Of a stretch of 35,328 bases of DNA, positions 15,090 through 23,796 are shown piece after piece. The stretch lies in the IMG/VR virus record IMGVR_UViG_2802429215_000001, positions 1-35,328 of that record. The stretch is one strand, 5' to 3'. The DNA comes from a virus. The stretch's first letter is position 1; each line of letters starts with the position of its first letter. Made by a program: the position numbers and the translations under genes. The notes under the pieces are model-generated. The model saw only the letters and a list, made by a program, of their open reading frames with translations, was not told the DNA's origin and did no database searches.

Positions 15090-15107
15090 AGCTTCTGGAC
15101 AAGGCTT
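15090..15107. repeat. 18-bp exact repeat AGCTTCTGGACAAGGCTT, copy 2 (immediately after the xis-like stop codon)
   Basis: Identical to 12557-12574. Confidence 0.9.
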
Positions 15108-15122
15108 AGAAAAGAGAAAAAC

Positions 15123-15293
15123 ATGGATTTATTTATTATCTGCTTTAGCTTAGCAATGATCATATACGTGCTAACATTGCCGTTCGTTGGTAAACGAAGA
15201 AAAAAAGAAGAAGTAAAACCAAATTATCACGGTTGGGAAGCGAACGCAATTGCGTACAATCGTGCGCATGGTTTGCCAGATGACGCAATTTAA
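15123..15293 (+). CDS. Small 56-aa membrane protein (not in the ORF track)
   Basis: MDLFIICFSLAMIIYVLTLPFVGKRRKKEE... has one hydrophobic helix. The RBS is weak. Confidence 0.35.
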   Translation: MDLFIICFSLAMIIYVLTLPFVGKRRKKEEVKPNYHGWEANAIAYNRAHGLPDDAI

Positions 15294-15345
15294 GGAAAGT
15301 TAAAGACGTTTAAAAGAAAACGTAAAACAATAGGAGAATAAAACA

Positions 15346-15681
15346 ATGAAACAAGCACAAACATTTATCGTTTTTCGCAGCAAAGAAAATGGACATTTCT
15401 TGATGGAGTATAAGAACAGAACTAGAGCGTTAGCATTTGAAGCAGGTTGGTGTAAAAACGTCAATGACGCAATTATTACTACCGAAGAGGCTTACACGGA
15501 AGACAAAGAGAAATATGAAGGAATGCTACAAATGTTCAATGCAGAACCTTTAAAAGTCGAAGCTGAATATACGTTCAAAACGTTAGATGGCAAAGAACCA
15601 GAAGAAATTGAAGTCGACAGCAAAGCTAAATGTGAGGAACTGGCTGATGCACTATTTGATGCGCTTTTCGGAGATGATTGA
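15346..15681 (+). CDS. Hypothetical early protein
   Basis: TAGGAG RBS. 111 aa. No motif recognised. Confidence 0.65.
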   Translation: MKQAQTFIVFRSKENGHFLMEYKNRTRALAFEAGWCKNVNDAIITTEEAYTEDKEKYEGMLQMFNAEPLKVEAEYTFKTLDGKEPEEIEVDSKAKCEELADALFDALFGDD

Positions 15682-15683
15682 TA

Positions 15684-16541
15684 ATGGCACAAAAAAGAAT
15701 GTTTAACATCTCTATAACAGATACCGATAAATTTCTAGACATGCCAGCAACCTCACAAAATTTATATTTTCATCTAAATATGCACGCTGACGATGACGGT
15801 TTTGTAGACTCGCCAAAAAGGATAATGCGAAATGTTAACGCATCACAAGATGATATGAACATTCTGTTAAGCAAGCAATTTGTATTTGTTTTTGATACTG
15901 GAGTGATGGTGATAAGAGACTGGAAAATTCACAACATAATTCGCAAAGATACTTATAAACCAACGCTTTATCAGGAAGAAAAATCTATGCTAGAAATCAC
16001 CGAAACAGGTGCGTATCGGTTTCGTAACGAACCCGTAACGGTAACGGGAGAAAACGTCGCACAGATTAGATTAGATAAGAATAGGATAGATAAGAATAGG
16101 ATAGAAGAGGTAAAAAAAGAAGAATCCTCTACCTCCTCTCAAAATTTGAAATATTTTTTTGAAAAATGGCAGGAAATTACAGGTAGAGTTCTAACGCCTT
16201 TTGAAATCGAGGATATTCCAAAATTACACAAAGAAGATGGGTTTAGTATTGAGCTAATGCTGACAGCTTTGAAAGAAGCTGCTAACTCTACCAGCAATTT
16301 CAATTTTAATTATTTCAAATCTATTCTAATGCGTTACAAACGCCAAGGATTACTAACACCAGAAATGGTAGCAGGAGCTGAAAAGCAAAGGCAAGAGGTT
16401 AGGAATAAGCAATTCGCTAACCAACAACAACCGGCCAAAAGCAATGTACCTGACTGGGTTGATGAAGATTTCAAACATGAAGCAAGCGCAGAGGAACAGG
16501 CACAGCTTGATGCGCTAAAAGCAGCAATGATGGAGGATTAG
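15684..16541 (+). CDS. Replication initiation / replisome organizer protein with a C-terminal DnaD-like domain
   Basis: The N-terminal part KRMFNISITDTDKFLDMPATSQNLYFHLNMHADDDGFV and the C-terminal part FEKWQEITGRVLTPFEIEDI...NFNYFKSILMRYKRQGLLT follow the DnaD/DnaB_2 pattern. Internal iterons are present. Confidence 0.75.
   Translation: MAQKRMFNISITDTDKFLDMPATSQNLYFHLNMHADDDGFVDSPKRIMRNVNASQDDMNILLSKQFVFVFDTGVMVIRDWKIHNIIRKDTYKPTLYQEEKSMLEITETGAYRFRNEPVTVTGENVAQIRLDKNRIDKNRIEEVKKEESSTSSQNLKYFFEKWQEITGRVLTPFEIEDIPKLHKEDGFSIELMLTALKEAANSTSNFNFNYFKSILMRYKRQGLLTPEMVAGAEKQRQEVRNKQFANQQQPAKSNVPDWVDEDFKHEASAEEQAQLDALKAAMMED
16074..16103. repeat. Tandem 15-bp iterons GATAAGAATAGGATA x2 (candidate origin), with GTAACG x3 at 16024-16046
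   Basis: Read directly. The repeats lie in the linker of the replisome-organizer gene. Confidence 0.6.
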
Positions 16542-16543
16542 AA

Positions 16544-16744
16544 GTGGAATTTTACAAAGAATATGTTGACGACTATTTTGACGACGGTAGGTCTTCAGCA
16601 ACAGAAAAATTGAATGAAGATGTAAAGGGCAATCCGCAATGGAAAAGCGAAGTTCAAGGATATAGCGTATATGATGACACCGCATGCATTTTGGTGCGTT
16701 GGGTAGGTCTAAGCAAAACGCCTTTCAAAGGAGATGAACAATGA
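16544..16744 (+). CDS. Hypothetical protein
   Basis: GTG start 7 nt after GGAGG. 66 aa. Confidence 0.55.
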   Translation: MEFYKEYVDDYFDDGRSSATEKLNEDVKGNPQWKSEVQGYSVYDDTACILVRWVGLSKTPFKGDEQ

Positions 16745-16962
16745 ATACACAGGAACTTTTGAACCGCAATAGTTTCCTCGAAGATGAAGTACATCGCTGC
16801 TATGCTGAAATCGAAGACTACGAGGTTAAAATTAAAGAATTTGAAACAAAAATTGCAGGACTAGAGAAGCTGCTGAACGAGCAACGTGTAATAATAGCGG
16901 ATTACGAAAAACTGTTTGATGAGATTGAGGAACGATTGGAGGAGAAATATGGCAACAAATAG
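16741..16962 (+). CDS. Hypothetical coiled-coil protein
   Basis: ATGA overlap with the previous gene. Heptad-like charged sequence. Confidence 0.6.
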   Translation: MNTQELLNRNSFLEDEVHRCYAEIEDYEVKIKEFETKIAGLEKLLNEQRVIIADYEKLFDEIEERLEEKYGNK

Positions 16963-17275
16963 AATTTATTCATCTTGGGCTTTTACGGAAAACGAAAGAG
17001 AAAAAAGTAACTCTAACAATAAAGCTTATAAAGAATTGAAAGAGAAATACATTATCAAACAAAAGTATGAATTCGACAAAATGGAAATCGCTGAGCAAGC
17101 AGATGTAGATGTTGTGTTCGGACGAGCAGGCGGTGGCTATGGACATTCGCTTTATAAAATTTATAAAAACAAACCTCAACTATCCAACTTGGAACTGGCT
17201 CTTATTTGTGATAGTGGCAATCTATGTTTTGGACACTCTGTCTTTAACGGAATGATTAAGATATACACAGATTAA
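16949..17275 (+). CDS. Hypothetical protein
   Basis: ATG at 16949 after GGAGGAG. 108 aa. Confidence 0.6.
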   Translation: MATNRIYSSWAFTENEREKSNSNNKAYKELKEKYIIKQKYEFDKMEIAEQADVDVVFGRAGGGYGHSLYKIYKNKPQLSNLELALICDSGNLCFGHSVFNGMIKIYTD

Positions 17276-17290
17276 AAACAAGAGGCTTAC

Positions 17291-17479
17291 ATGATAATTT
17301 TGAAAGAAGATTACGAGCAAGCTTACTACAGCAGGACGAGCGACTATCTAAACCTTGCTACTGAGTATGGCGAGATTATCAATCAATATCAAGACAAGAT
17401 TGTGAGCTTGCAGCAAGAAAACAAACGTTTGAAGCGTGAAATATGGAATTTGAAGAAAACGAAAGGAAGAAGAAAATAA
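17291..17479 (+). CDS. Hypothetical coiled-coil protein
   Basis: 62 aa. Its stop overlaps the recT start. Confidence 0.55.
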   Translation: MIILKEDYEQAYYSRTSDYLNLATEYGEIINQYQDKIVSLQQENKRLKREIWNLKKTKGRRK

Positions 17480-18234
17480 TGGCAAATCAAGTAGCAAAAC
17501 AAACGAAACGCGACATCACCGTAGACACTAGCGTATGGACACCACAAGATGTAAAACGATTTTTTGACCCACAAAACCTTTTGAGTGAAAAACAAATCGG
17601 ACAAGCCTTAACACTTATCAAAGGGCGCAATCTTAACCCGTTCGCGAACGAAGTTTACATTGTGGCTTATAAAAACAAAGGCGGTGGGACAGAATTTAGC
17701 CTGATTGTTTCAAAAGAGGCATTTTTAAAACGCGCAGCACAATGCAAGGATTACGAGGGTTTTGAAGCAGGAGTTGTAGTTTTAGATGCTGACGGAGTGC
17801 AAGTTGAACGTAAGGGCTCGCTGGTATTACCAAACGACACGATTGTCGGCGGATGGGCAAGAGTCTATAGAAAAAATTTTAAAGTACCTGTTGAAGTGTA
17901 CATCAGCATGAGCGAGTACGACAAAGGTCGAAGCACTTGGAAAGCAATGCCGGCAACTATGATTCGTAAGACAGCGTTAGTCAATGCATTGCGCGAAGCT
18001 TTTCCAGATGATTTAGGAAATATGTACACTGAAGATGACGGCGGAGAAACATTTGACCGTATTAAAGACGTAACGCCAGAACCACAAGAAAGCCGCGAAG
18101 ACGTCTTAGCACGCAAACAAGCTCAAATTGAAAATTGGCAAAATCAAAAATCTAAGCAGGAAGAGCCGCAACCAGAACCTGTCAAAGAAGTACAAACAGA
18201 GCTTTTGGATGAAAATGATGAGTTGGTTTATTGA
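17479..18234 (+). CDS. recT: RecT/Bet-family single-strand annealing recombinase
   Basis: Motifs LNPFANEVYIVAY, SLIVSKEAFLKRA, GGWARVYRK and KAMPATMIRKTALVNALREAFPD. Confidence 0.85.
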   Translation: MANQVAKQTKRDITVDTSVWTPQDVKRFFDPQNLLSEKQIGQALTLIKGRNLNPFANEVYIVAYKNKGGGTEFSLIVSKEAFLKRAAQCKDYEGFEAGVVVLDADGVQVERKGSLVLPNDTIVGGWARVYRKNFKVPVEVYISMSEYDKGRSTWKAMPATMIRKTALVNALREAFPDDLGNMYTEDDGGETFDRIKDVTPEPQESREDVLARKQAQIENWQNQKSKQEEPQPEPVKEVQTELLDENDELVY

Positions 18235-18248
18235 GAGGTGAATAGCAA

Positions 18249-19247
18249 ATGCAAGAATTACAAGCAAATGTAAAACAAGCGGAAGTTGAAATTATTGATC
18301 GCGAAGCATTCGAGCAAGGCATTAATGATGTAGTAACTAAATACCAAAATTACACAGTCACAGCGTCGACTATTAAAGGTGATAAGAAAGTTTTAGCTGA
18401 TTTGCGCAAGCTCAAAAAGCAAATTTCAGACGAACGCATCAAAATCAAACGTGAGCTTTCCAAGCCAACAGATGAATTTGATACTTACATTAAAAGCAAA
18501 TCAAAACCGCTTGATGAAATCATAGATAAGATTGCTGGCGACGTTAAAGAGTTTGAAGATAATCAAAAGGCTTTGCGATTAGACACGGTTAAAGGCTATA
18601 TTGCCAACAAATGCGCTGAGTATTTACTTGACCCACGAATTTTTGACGAAAAAGCAACAGAGTTTATTAAAGCAGGCGATTTCATGGCGGACGGTGTGAC
18701 GCTCAAAAAAGTAACAATGAAATCACTTGATGACGCGATCACATTTGAACTTCAAAAGCAGCAAGAATTTGAAAAAGCAAAAGCAGCAGTTTCTGGACAA
18801 TGCGCTGAATACAATATGACAGACCAACCATATATTCGAATGTTGAATGAGTTGACGCTCGCAGAAGTTTTGGAGCAAATCAAATCAGATTATCGTTTTG
18901 AAAAACAAAAAGAGGAAGCAAGGAAAGCTCGAGAAGCAGAACTAGCACGTCAGCAAGCAACAGAACAGCAAGAAACACCAAATTTTGACCCAGAAACGGG
19001 CGAGATTTTAGAAAACGATGAATTATCCAGAAATAAAGAAACAGCGCTTAGAGGAGCTGAAAATAGCTCAAAACGCTATACCCAAAAAATGACATTGGAA
19101 GTATATTTTGCGGATTCGGCAGAAAAAGACTTCTTCAAATCTGAACTTGAAAAAATCGGCTTTGAATACAAAAAGAATTATGCGGTTAGCGGCTACAAGA
19201 AAATCAAGCCACTAACACAAGAAGAGCTGGCGGAAGTGCTTAATTAG
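18249..19247 (+). CDS. DUF1351-like protein (recombination-module partner)
   Basis: Located between recT and ssb. The N-terminal part resembles the siphovirus DUF1351 family as I recall it. Confidence 0.6.
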   Translation: MQELQANVKQAEVEIIDREAFEQGINDVVTKYQNYTVTASTIKGDKKVLADLRKLKKQISDERIKIKRELSKPTDEFDTYIKSKSKPLDEIIDKIAGDVKEFEDNQKALRLDTVKGYIANKCAEYLLDPRIFDEKATEFIKAGDFMADGVTLKKVTMKSLDDAITFELQKQQEFEKAKAAVSGQCAEYNMTDQPYIRMLNELTLAEVLEQIKSDYRFEKQKEEARKAREAELARQQATEQQETPNFDPETGEILENDELSRNKETALRGAENSSKRYTQKMTLEVYFADSAEKDFFKSELEKIGFEYKKNYAVSGYKKIKPLTQEELAEVLN

Positions 19248-19256
19248 GAGAAATCA

Positions 19257-19700
19257 ATGAACAATGTAAATTTAATCGGTCGCTTGACAAAGGCGCCAGA
19301 ACTAAAACAAACAGCGAGCAACACAAACGTATTAACAGGAACGCTTGCGGTAAATCGCTCTTTCAAGAATCAAAACGGTGATCGTGAAGCGGATTTTATT
19401 AATATCGTAGCTTGGCGACAAACTGCAGAGATTATCGCGCAATATTGTGGCAAAGGTTCGCAAATCGGTATTACTGGTCGTATTCAGACACGTAACTATG
19501 AAAATCAGCAAGGACAGCGTGTATATGTGACGGAAGTAGTAGCTGAACATGTCGACTTGTTAGATACAAGAAACGAAAGCCATCAAGGACAATCAAACGG
19601 TTACAATCAGCAACCGCAGCAAAACAGCTACATGCAGCAGGAAAGCCCATTTGGTAACTCAAGCCCAATGGACATCTCAGATGACGACCTTCCTTTCTAA
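19257..19700 (+). CDS. ssb: Single-stranded DNA-binding protein
   Basis: OB-fold N-terminus [19 protein letters not shown], a Gln/Gly-rich linker, and the acidic tail DDDLPF. Confidence 0.9.
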   Translation: MNNVNLIGRLTKAPELKQTASNTNVLTGTLAVNRSFKNQNGDREADFINIVAWRQTAEIIAQYCGKGSQIGITGRIQTRNYENQQGQRVYVTEVVAEHVDLLDTRNESHQGQSNGYNQQPQQNSYMQQESPFGNSSPMDISDDDLPF

Positions 19701-19711
19701 GAGGTGCATAG

Positions 19712-20173
19712 ATGTTTTTAATACCATTTGAACCAAAACCACAATCAAGACCACAAGCTACAATCAGAGGGAAGCATGCTGGCACTTACGAAAAAGCTGA
19801 CATGACGCGGTGGAGGAGCAAAGTAACTAATTTTGTTAAGCAAAATTATGCTGGACGTTATTTTGACGGAGCAATAAGAACCAAAGTTACGTTCTACATG
19901 AAGGCACCTAAAAAAATGGCAGAACCTCCAAAACCACGTTCAAGACAAAAGAAGAAAGATGAATATGCTAGGTTTATTGCGGAAAAAATTCCGCACGATA
20001 AAAAAATCGATTTGGACAATTTGGAAAAATCGGTATATGACAGCATTTCAAAATCAGAGATTGTTTGGAAAGATGATTGCTTGATTGTTGAACACACAAC
20101 AAGAAAGCTGTATAGCCCAAATCCAAGGATTGAAATTGAAATCGAGGAAATTGAAGAAGATGAGGATAATTAA
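19712..20173 (+). CDS. rusA: RusA-family Holliday junction resolvase
   Basis: Motifs PKPQSRPQ and DLDNLEKSVYDSISKSEIVWKDDCLIVE. Confidence 0.8.
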   Translation: MFLIPFEPKPQSRPQATIRGKHAGTYEKADMTRWRSKVTNFVKQNYAGRYFDGAIRTKVTFYMKAPKKMAEPPKPRSRQKKKDEYARFIAEKIPHDKKIDLDNLEKSVYDSISKSEIVWKDDCLIVEHTTRKLYSPNPRIEIEIEEIEEDEDN

Positions 20174-20174
20174 A

Positions 20175-20423
20175 ATGGCAAGCAAGCGAGCACCGCGATG
20201 CTGTGTTGTTTGGAATGAACGACACGAAGAATGCCCACTCGATGTATTAATGAATTTTAAAGAGTGGACGCACAAACATCATTTAAAAAGCTATGTGGTC
20301 ATTGCAAAAATGCTGCATGTTGAGACAAATGAAGCGAAAAAATATTTAGATTTGGCTAAAATGCCAGAAACTGACAGCGCAGTTTTGAAACGCATGAAGG
20401 AGCTAATGTATGTCAAAAATTAA
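20175..20423 (+). CDS. Hypothetical protein
   Basis: ATG at 20175, immediately after the rusA stop. 82 aa. Confidence 0.55.
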   Translation: MASKRAPRCCVVWNERHEECPLDVLMNFKEWTHKHHLKSYVVIAKMLHVETNEAKKYLDLAKMPETDSAVLKRMKELMYVKN

Positions 20424-20856
20424 AATATATGATTTCATCGACACCGAAACAGGTGATAAGTTTAGTGGCACAAAAAAAGAGCTAGCAAAGCACACTGGAA
20501 TCGTACGTCAAACAGTTGACACACGAATTAGAGCAGGGCGCATAATTGCCAAACAAACAGGCGAGATTGATAACTTACCCAAAACTACATTTACTCGAAT
20601 CGTTGGCGGAAAAGCAGACGTATTCGTCGGGTTTAAAGGTACTGCAGCTAGACATTACGGCATTACCGAATATGCTTTGCGACGAGAAATCGCCGAAGGA
20701 AGAATCATTATGGATGACAGAGCTGTTAAAGCGGATTTGGAACGCAAGAAAAAAAGCAATCCACTGCATTTTATTACTGATAAAAAATCAGATCCAGAAA
20801 CGAAAAGAAAGCTCACAAAGCAGATGTATGACGTCATCTATGCGATGGGAATGTAA
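20410..20856 (+). CDS. Hypothetical protein with two HTH-like repeats
   Basis: Internal repeat FSGTKKELAKHTGIVRQTVDTRIRAGRII / FKGTAARHYGITEYALRREIAEGRII. Confidence 0.6.
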   Translation: MSKIKIYDFIDTETGDKFSGTKKELAKHTGIVRQTVDTRIRAGRIIAKQTGEIDNLPKTTFTRIVGGKADVFVGFKGTAARHYGITEYALRREIAEGRIIMDDRAVKADLERKKKSNPLHFITDKKSDPETKRKLTKQMYDVIYAMGM

Positions 20857-20912
20857 TTCTATTCGAGGCACTTTAAAGTGGCACACAGAGCAAAATAGGA
20901 AGGTTAAATGTA

Positions 20913-21230
20913 ATGCAAGGAATTAAATTAGTGGACGTAGATTTATCCAGAGCGTGTACCGAAACGATTGGAACGTGTGAACTGTGCTTTGGCTCACGGT
21001 GGTGTGATAATCCTGTTTTGACTTTTGAAAATCCGAACGGCGAACGTGTTAAAATTGACGGCTACGTATGGGATTGGGGCGATTATTTCGAACTTGAAAT
21101 CGATAATTATTTAGATTTTTCAGATTGGCTAGTCAAACAAGATATTGACTGGAACGAATTCAAAACATTTGACTTTTGGAATTTGTTTGAATTCGCCGAT
21201 AAATACAAAGAGGGCAAATTAGATGATTGA
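20913..21230 (+). CDS. Hypothetical acidic protein
   Basis: TAGGAAGG RBS. 105 aa. Confidence 0.6.
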   Translation: MQGIKLVDVDLSRACTETIGTCELCFGSRWCDNPVLTFENPNGERVKIDGYVWDWGDYFELEIDNYLDFSDWLVKQDIDWNEFKTFDFWNLFEFADKYKEGKLDD

Positions 21231-21306
21231 TTTATTATATTGGCTTATGGCAATTACAATACTTTTGAACGGCGTCGTGATTGGTATTGGTCTTGTCAGC
21301 CTGTGA
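21223..21306 (+). CDS. 27-aa hydrophobic peptide (not in the ORF track)
   Basis: MIDLLYWLMAITILLNGVVIGIGLVSL. Overlaps the previous stop. Confidence 0.35.
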   Translation: MIDLLYWLMAITILLNGVVIGIGLVSL

Positions 21307-21321
21307 CTATAGGAGGAATAA

Positions 21322-21522
21322 ATGATGTTTTTGGTTAAATGTTACTTAATTGCCATTGTGGTTTTTATTTTAATAACAGGAATGGCACTTGGTTGTTGTG
21401 ATGACTTACCTTGGAAGTGGCTAAACATTTTATGTCAAGCCATTCTTATGGGAATAATTTTGTTTATGATATTATCATTTTTAGCCTTACTTGTAGGAGC
21501 GGCTTTAAAAGGTACATTGTAG
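21322..21522 (+). CDS. Small membrane protein (two hydrophobic helices)
   Basis: TAGGAGG RBS. 66 aa. Confidence 0.6.
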   Translation: MMFLVKCYLIAIVVFILITGMALGCCDDLPWKWLNILCQAILMGIILFMILSFLALLVGAALKGTL

Positions 21523-21535
21523 AAAGGGATAAATT

Positions 21536-22102
21536 ATGAATAAACAAGAAGCGATTAAAAAAATCGAGGAGTTAAAAAAGTACTCTTGCGGCGCGCTTGG
21601 AGACGGTTGGATTAGCTTAGGCATTGATAAGGCATTGAACGTTGTAAAACAACTTGATGAGCCAGAGAAAGTAGTGCTTACCAAAGAAGAAGCTGAATGG
21701 GTTGATAAACTTACTGATTTTTACAGTTTATCAGACGCTTTGTATTACATTACTCGCTGGGGCTATGGTTACTCATTTAATTTTGAAATGTGTGGGAAAA
21801 CATATGAACTGCCAGTTGATAGTGATGCACCTTATGGTGAAATTAGAAAGCTCAAAGAACGTCTCATTAATGCTATTATTTACGGTTATGAAGTCGAGAA
21901 AGAGAAGCTCTACACGGTTAAATTTGCAAACGAAGATTTTGGCAAAATATACATTGGGATAATGAAAAAAGCTAATAAAATCGGTCTTAGTACTCTTCCG
22001 ATGAATGACGAATATTCTAAGTGCTACTTTACTGAGAGTGAACTTAAAGAGCTTAAATTTTGGAAAAACCCAGCATTTGAAGTTAAAGAGGTGAAAAAAT
22101 GA
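21536..22102 (+). CDS. Hypothetical protein (possibly DUF1642-like)
   Basis: 188 aa. The family guess is from memory only. Confidence 0.55.
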   Translation: MNKQEAIKKIEELKKYSCGALGDGWISLGIDKALNVVKQLDEPEKVVLTKEEAEWVDKLTDFYSLSDALYYITRWGYGYSFNFEMCGKTYELPVDSDAPYGEIRKLKERLINAIIYGYEVEKEKLYTVKFANEDFGKIYIGIMKKANKIGLSTLPMNDEYSKCYFTESELKELKFWKNPAFEVKEVKK

Positions 22103-22278
22103 AAAAATATTTTAAAGAATTTAAAGATAATATTTATCAAGGTAGCGCAGTAGAAGACCTTAACTCTTATATAGAAGAAAATCCATCTAGCGTGGTTACA
22201 GTCTTACAATATTACGTCGTACGCTATGAACAATTGAACCAAGATAGAACATATATTTTGGTAGAGGTGAAAGAATGA
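22099..22278 (+). CDS. 59-aa hypothetical protein (not in the ORF track)
   Basis: ATGA overlap with the previous gene. GAGGTGAAA RBS. Confidence 0.5.
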   Translation: MKKYFKEFKDNIYQGSAVEDLNSYIEENPSSVVTVLQYYVVRYEQLNQDRTYILVEVKE

Positions 22279-22445
22279 AAATCTATGTATTTACTGGTTT
22301 TAATGATGGCGAATATGTATTTTCATTTTCTGTCACAGCTTACAATTCACATCAAGCAATTGAAATAGCAAGTAATGATGAACTTATAAAGGATATGCAA
22401 TTCGATAGATTAGTTATGAAAGAAGTAGAAACATGGTTACATTAA
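22275..22445 (+). CDS. 56-aa hypothetical protein (not in the ORF track)
   Basis: ATGA overlap with the previous gene. GAGGTGAAAGA RBS. Confidence 0.5.
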   Translation: MKIYVFTGFNDGEYVFSFSVTAYNSHQAIEIASNDELIKDMQFDRLVMKEVETWLH

Positions 22446-22594
22446 TAATGTTATTCACTGCATTGACATTAGGCTTGCAAGTTGTCTTAATAATTGCACT
22501 AGAACGTGTGAATGATACTGTTTTAAAGGTATATGAGTTAGTTTGCAATGAGTCAGATAAAATTTTAGAGGAAATGAACAAAGAGGTGAAATGA
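22433..22594 (+). CDS. 53-aa protein with an N-terminal hydrophobic helix (not in the ORF track)
   Basis: MVTLIMLFTALTLGLQVVLIIALE... Translationally coupled at both ends. Confidence 0.4.
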   Translation: MVTLIMLFTALTLGLQVVLIIALERVNDTVLKVYELVCNESDKILEEMNKEVK

Positions 22595-22815
22595 TGTTCG
22601 ATACTCTTAAAAAGATTGCTTATAAGTTCAACGAACAAAAGAAAGAACTTAGACATAATTTGAAACAATTCTTTTGCAGACACGATTATATAAAGAAAGA
22701 GACGAAGGGTGTGCTTAGTTTTAGCATAAACTATCATCTTGAATGCCAAAAATGCGGGAAGCACAGTTCTATTGAGCCGTGGCTAAATTATAGAGAGGAA
22801 GAGGAAGAAGAATGA
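22591..22815 (+). CDS. Small Cys/His-containing protein with an acidic tail
   Basis: C-x-H...C-x2-C pattern (FCRHD...ECQKCGKH). GAGGTGAA RBS. Confidence 0.55.
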   Translation: MMFDTLKKIAYKFNEQKKELRHNLKQFFCRHDYIKKETKGVLSFSINYHLECQKCGKHSSIEPWLNYREEEEEE

Positions 22816-23201
22816 GAGAATTAAAATTTAGAGCGTGGGTTAAGTGGGATAAACGAATGTTGCCTGTTAAAAGTATTATTTTTGAAACAAACCGTGTTAG
22901 TGTAAGGTTGAGAGAAAGATTTTGGATTTCAACAGAATTTAATGAAATTGAATTAATGGAGTCTTCAGGTTTACATGACATTCATGGTAAAGAGGTATTC
23001 GAGGGTGACATTGTAAAGATACCAGAAAATTATGATAAATTTGGTAGAAATGCAGGTGAAATTCTCAAAGTAGCATTTGATAGTGGTTGCTTTAGATTAA
23101 AAAGACCAAACAGCAAAGGTCGTGGCTTCTACTTTGAAGATGACAACATGGTTGAAGTTATTGGAAATATTTATGAGAACCCAGAATTGTTAGGAGAATA
23201 A
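22812..23201 (+). CDS. YopX-family protein, paralog 1
   Basis: MRELKFRAW... at the N-terminus and VIGNIYENPELLGE at the C-terminus. Confidence 0.8.
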   Translation: MRELKFRAWVKWDKRMLPVKSIIFETNRVSVRLRERFWISTEFNEIELMESSGLHDIHGKEVFEGDIVKIPENYDKFGRNAGEILKVAFDSGCFRLKRPNSKGRGFYFEDDNMVEVIGNIYENPELLGE

Positions 23202-23202
23202 T

Positions 23203-23601
23203 ATGAGAGTACCAAAATTTAGAGCATTGGATAGACTTACAGGCAAGATGTTTCCAGTCGGAATAATTGATTACTCTATTCAGAGCGTATATATTGAAGA
23301 GCCTAATGGAATGTATTGCGAAAGAGATTTTGATGAGGTCGAACTCATGCAGCCAACAGGTCTTAAAGATGTTCGTGGTAAAGAAATTTATGAGGGAGAC
23401 ATAATCAACTATAAATATGGTCGCCACACTTCAACACAATTTGTTATTAAATATGACGAATTTCAAGCAACTTTCGTTGTTGTTGATAACCATAATGACC
23501 TTATTTATACTTTCAGAGAATTAGCAGATTACATTCAATTAAATTCTCTCGAAGTCATTGGTAACATTTATGAAAATCCAGAATTATTAGGAGGAAAATG
23601 A
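23203..23601 (+). CDS. YopX-family protein, paralog 2
   Basis: MRVPKFRAL... at the N-terminus and VIGNIYENPELLGGK at the C-terminus. Confidence 0.8.
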   Translation: MRVPKFRALDRLTGKMFPVGIIDYSIQSVYIEEPNGMYCERDFDEVELMQPTGLKDVRGKEIYEGDIINYKYGRHTSTQFVIKYDEFQATFVVVDNHNDLIYTFRELADYIQLNSLEVIGNIYENPELLGGK

Positions 23602-23602
23602 A

Positions 23603-23779
23603 ATGTCTTTTATGGAAGATCATCCAGAATGGTATGGAACCTACAGTGATTACCATCCGGAAATTGCAAGACAGAAAACAATGCAAGATCTTGAAGAAGA
23701 GATTGAGCAATTAAGAACAGAGGTAGGCACATTGAAAAGATGCCTCGGTGAACTAAAACGCACTGTGTCTGGTTGGTAA
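23603..23779 (+). CDS. 58-aa hypothetical coiled-coil protein (not in the ORF track)
   Basis: AGGAGG RBS, ATG at 23603, stop at 23777-23779. Confidence 0.55.
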   Translation: MSFMEDHPEWYGTYSDYHPEIARQKTMQDLEEEIEQLRTEVGTLKRCLGELKRTVSGW

Positions 23780-23796
23780 TTAGGAGGAATATTAAT

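Noticed and set aside
22414-22764. 116-aa minus-strand ORF
   Set aside because: The + strand here carries a chain of RBS-preceded, translationally coupled small genes in the same orientation as the whole early operon.
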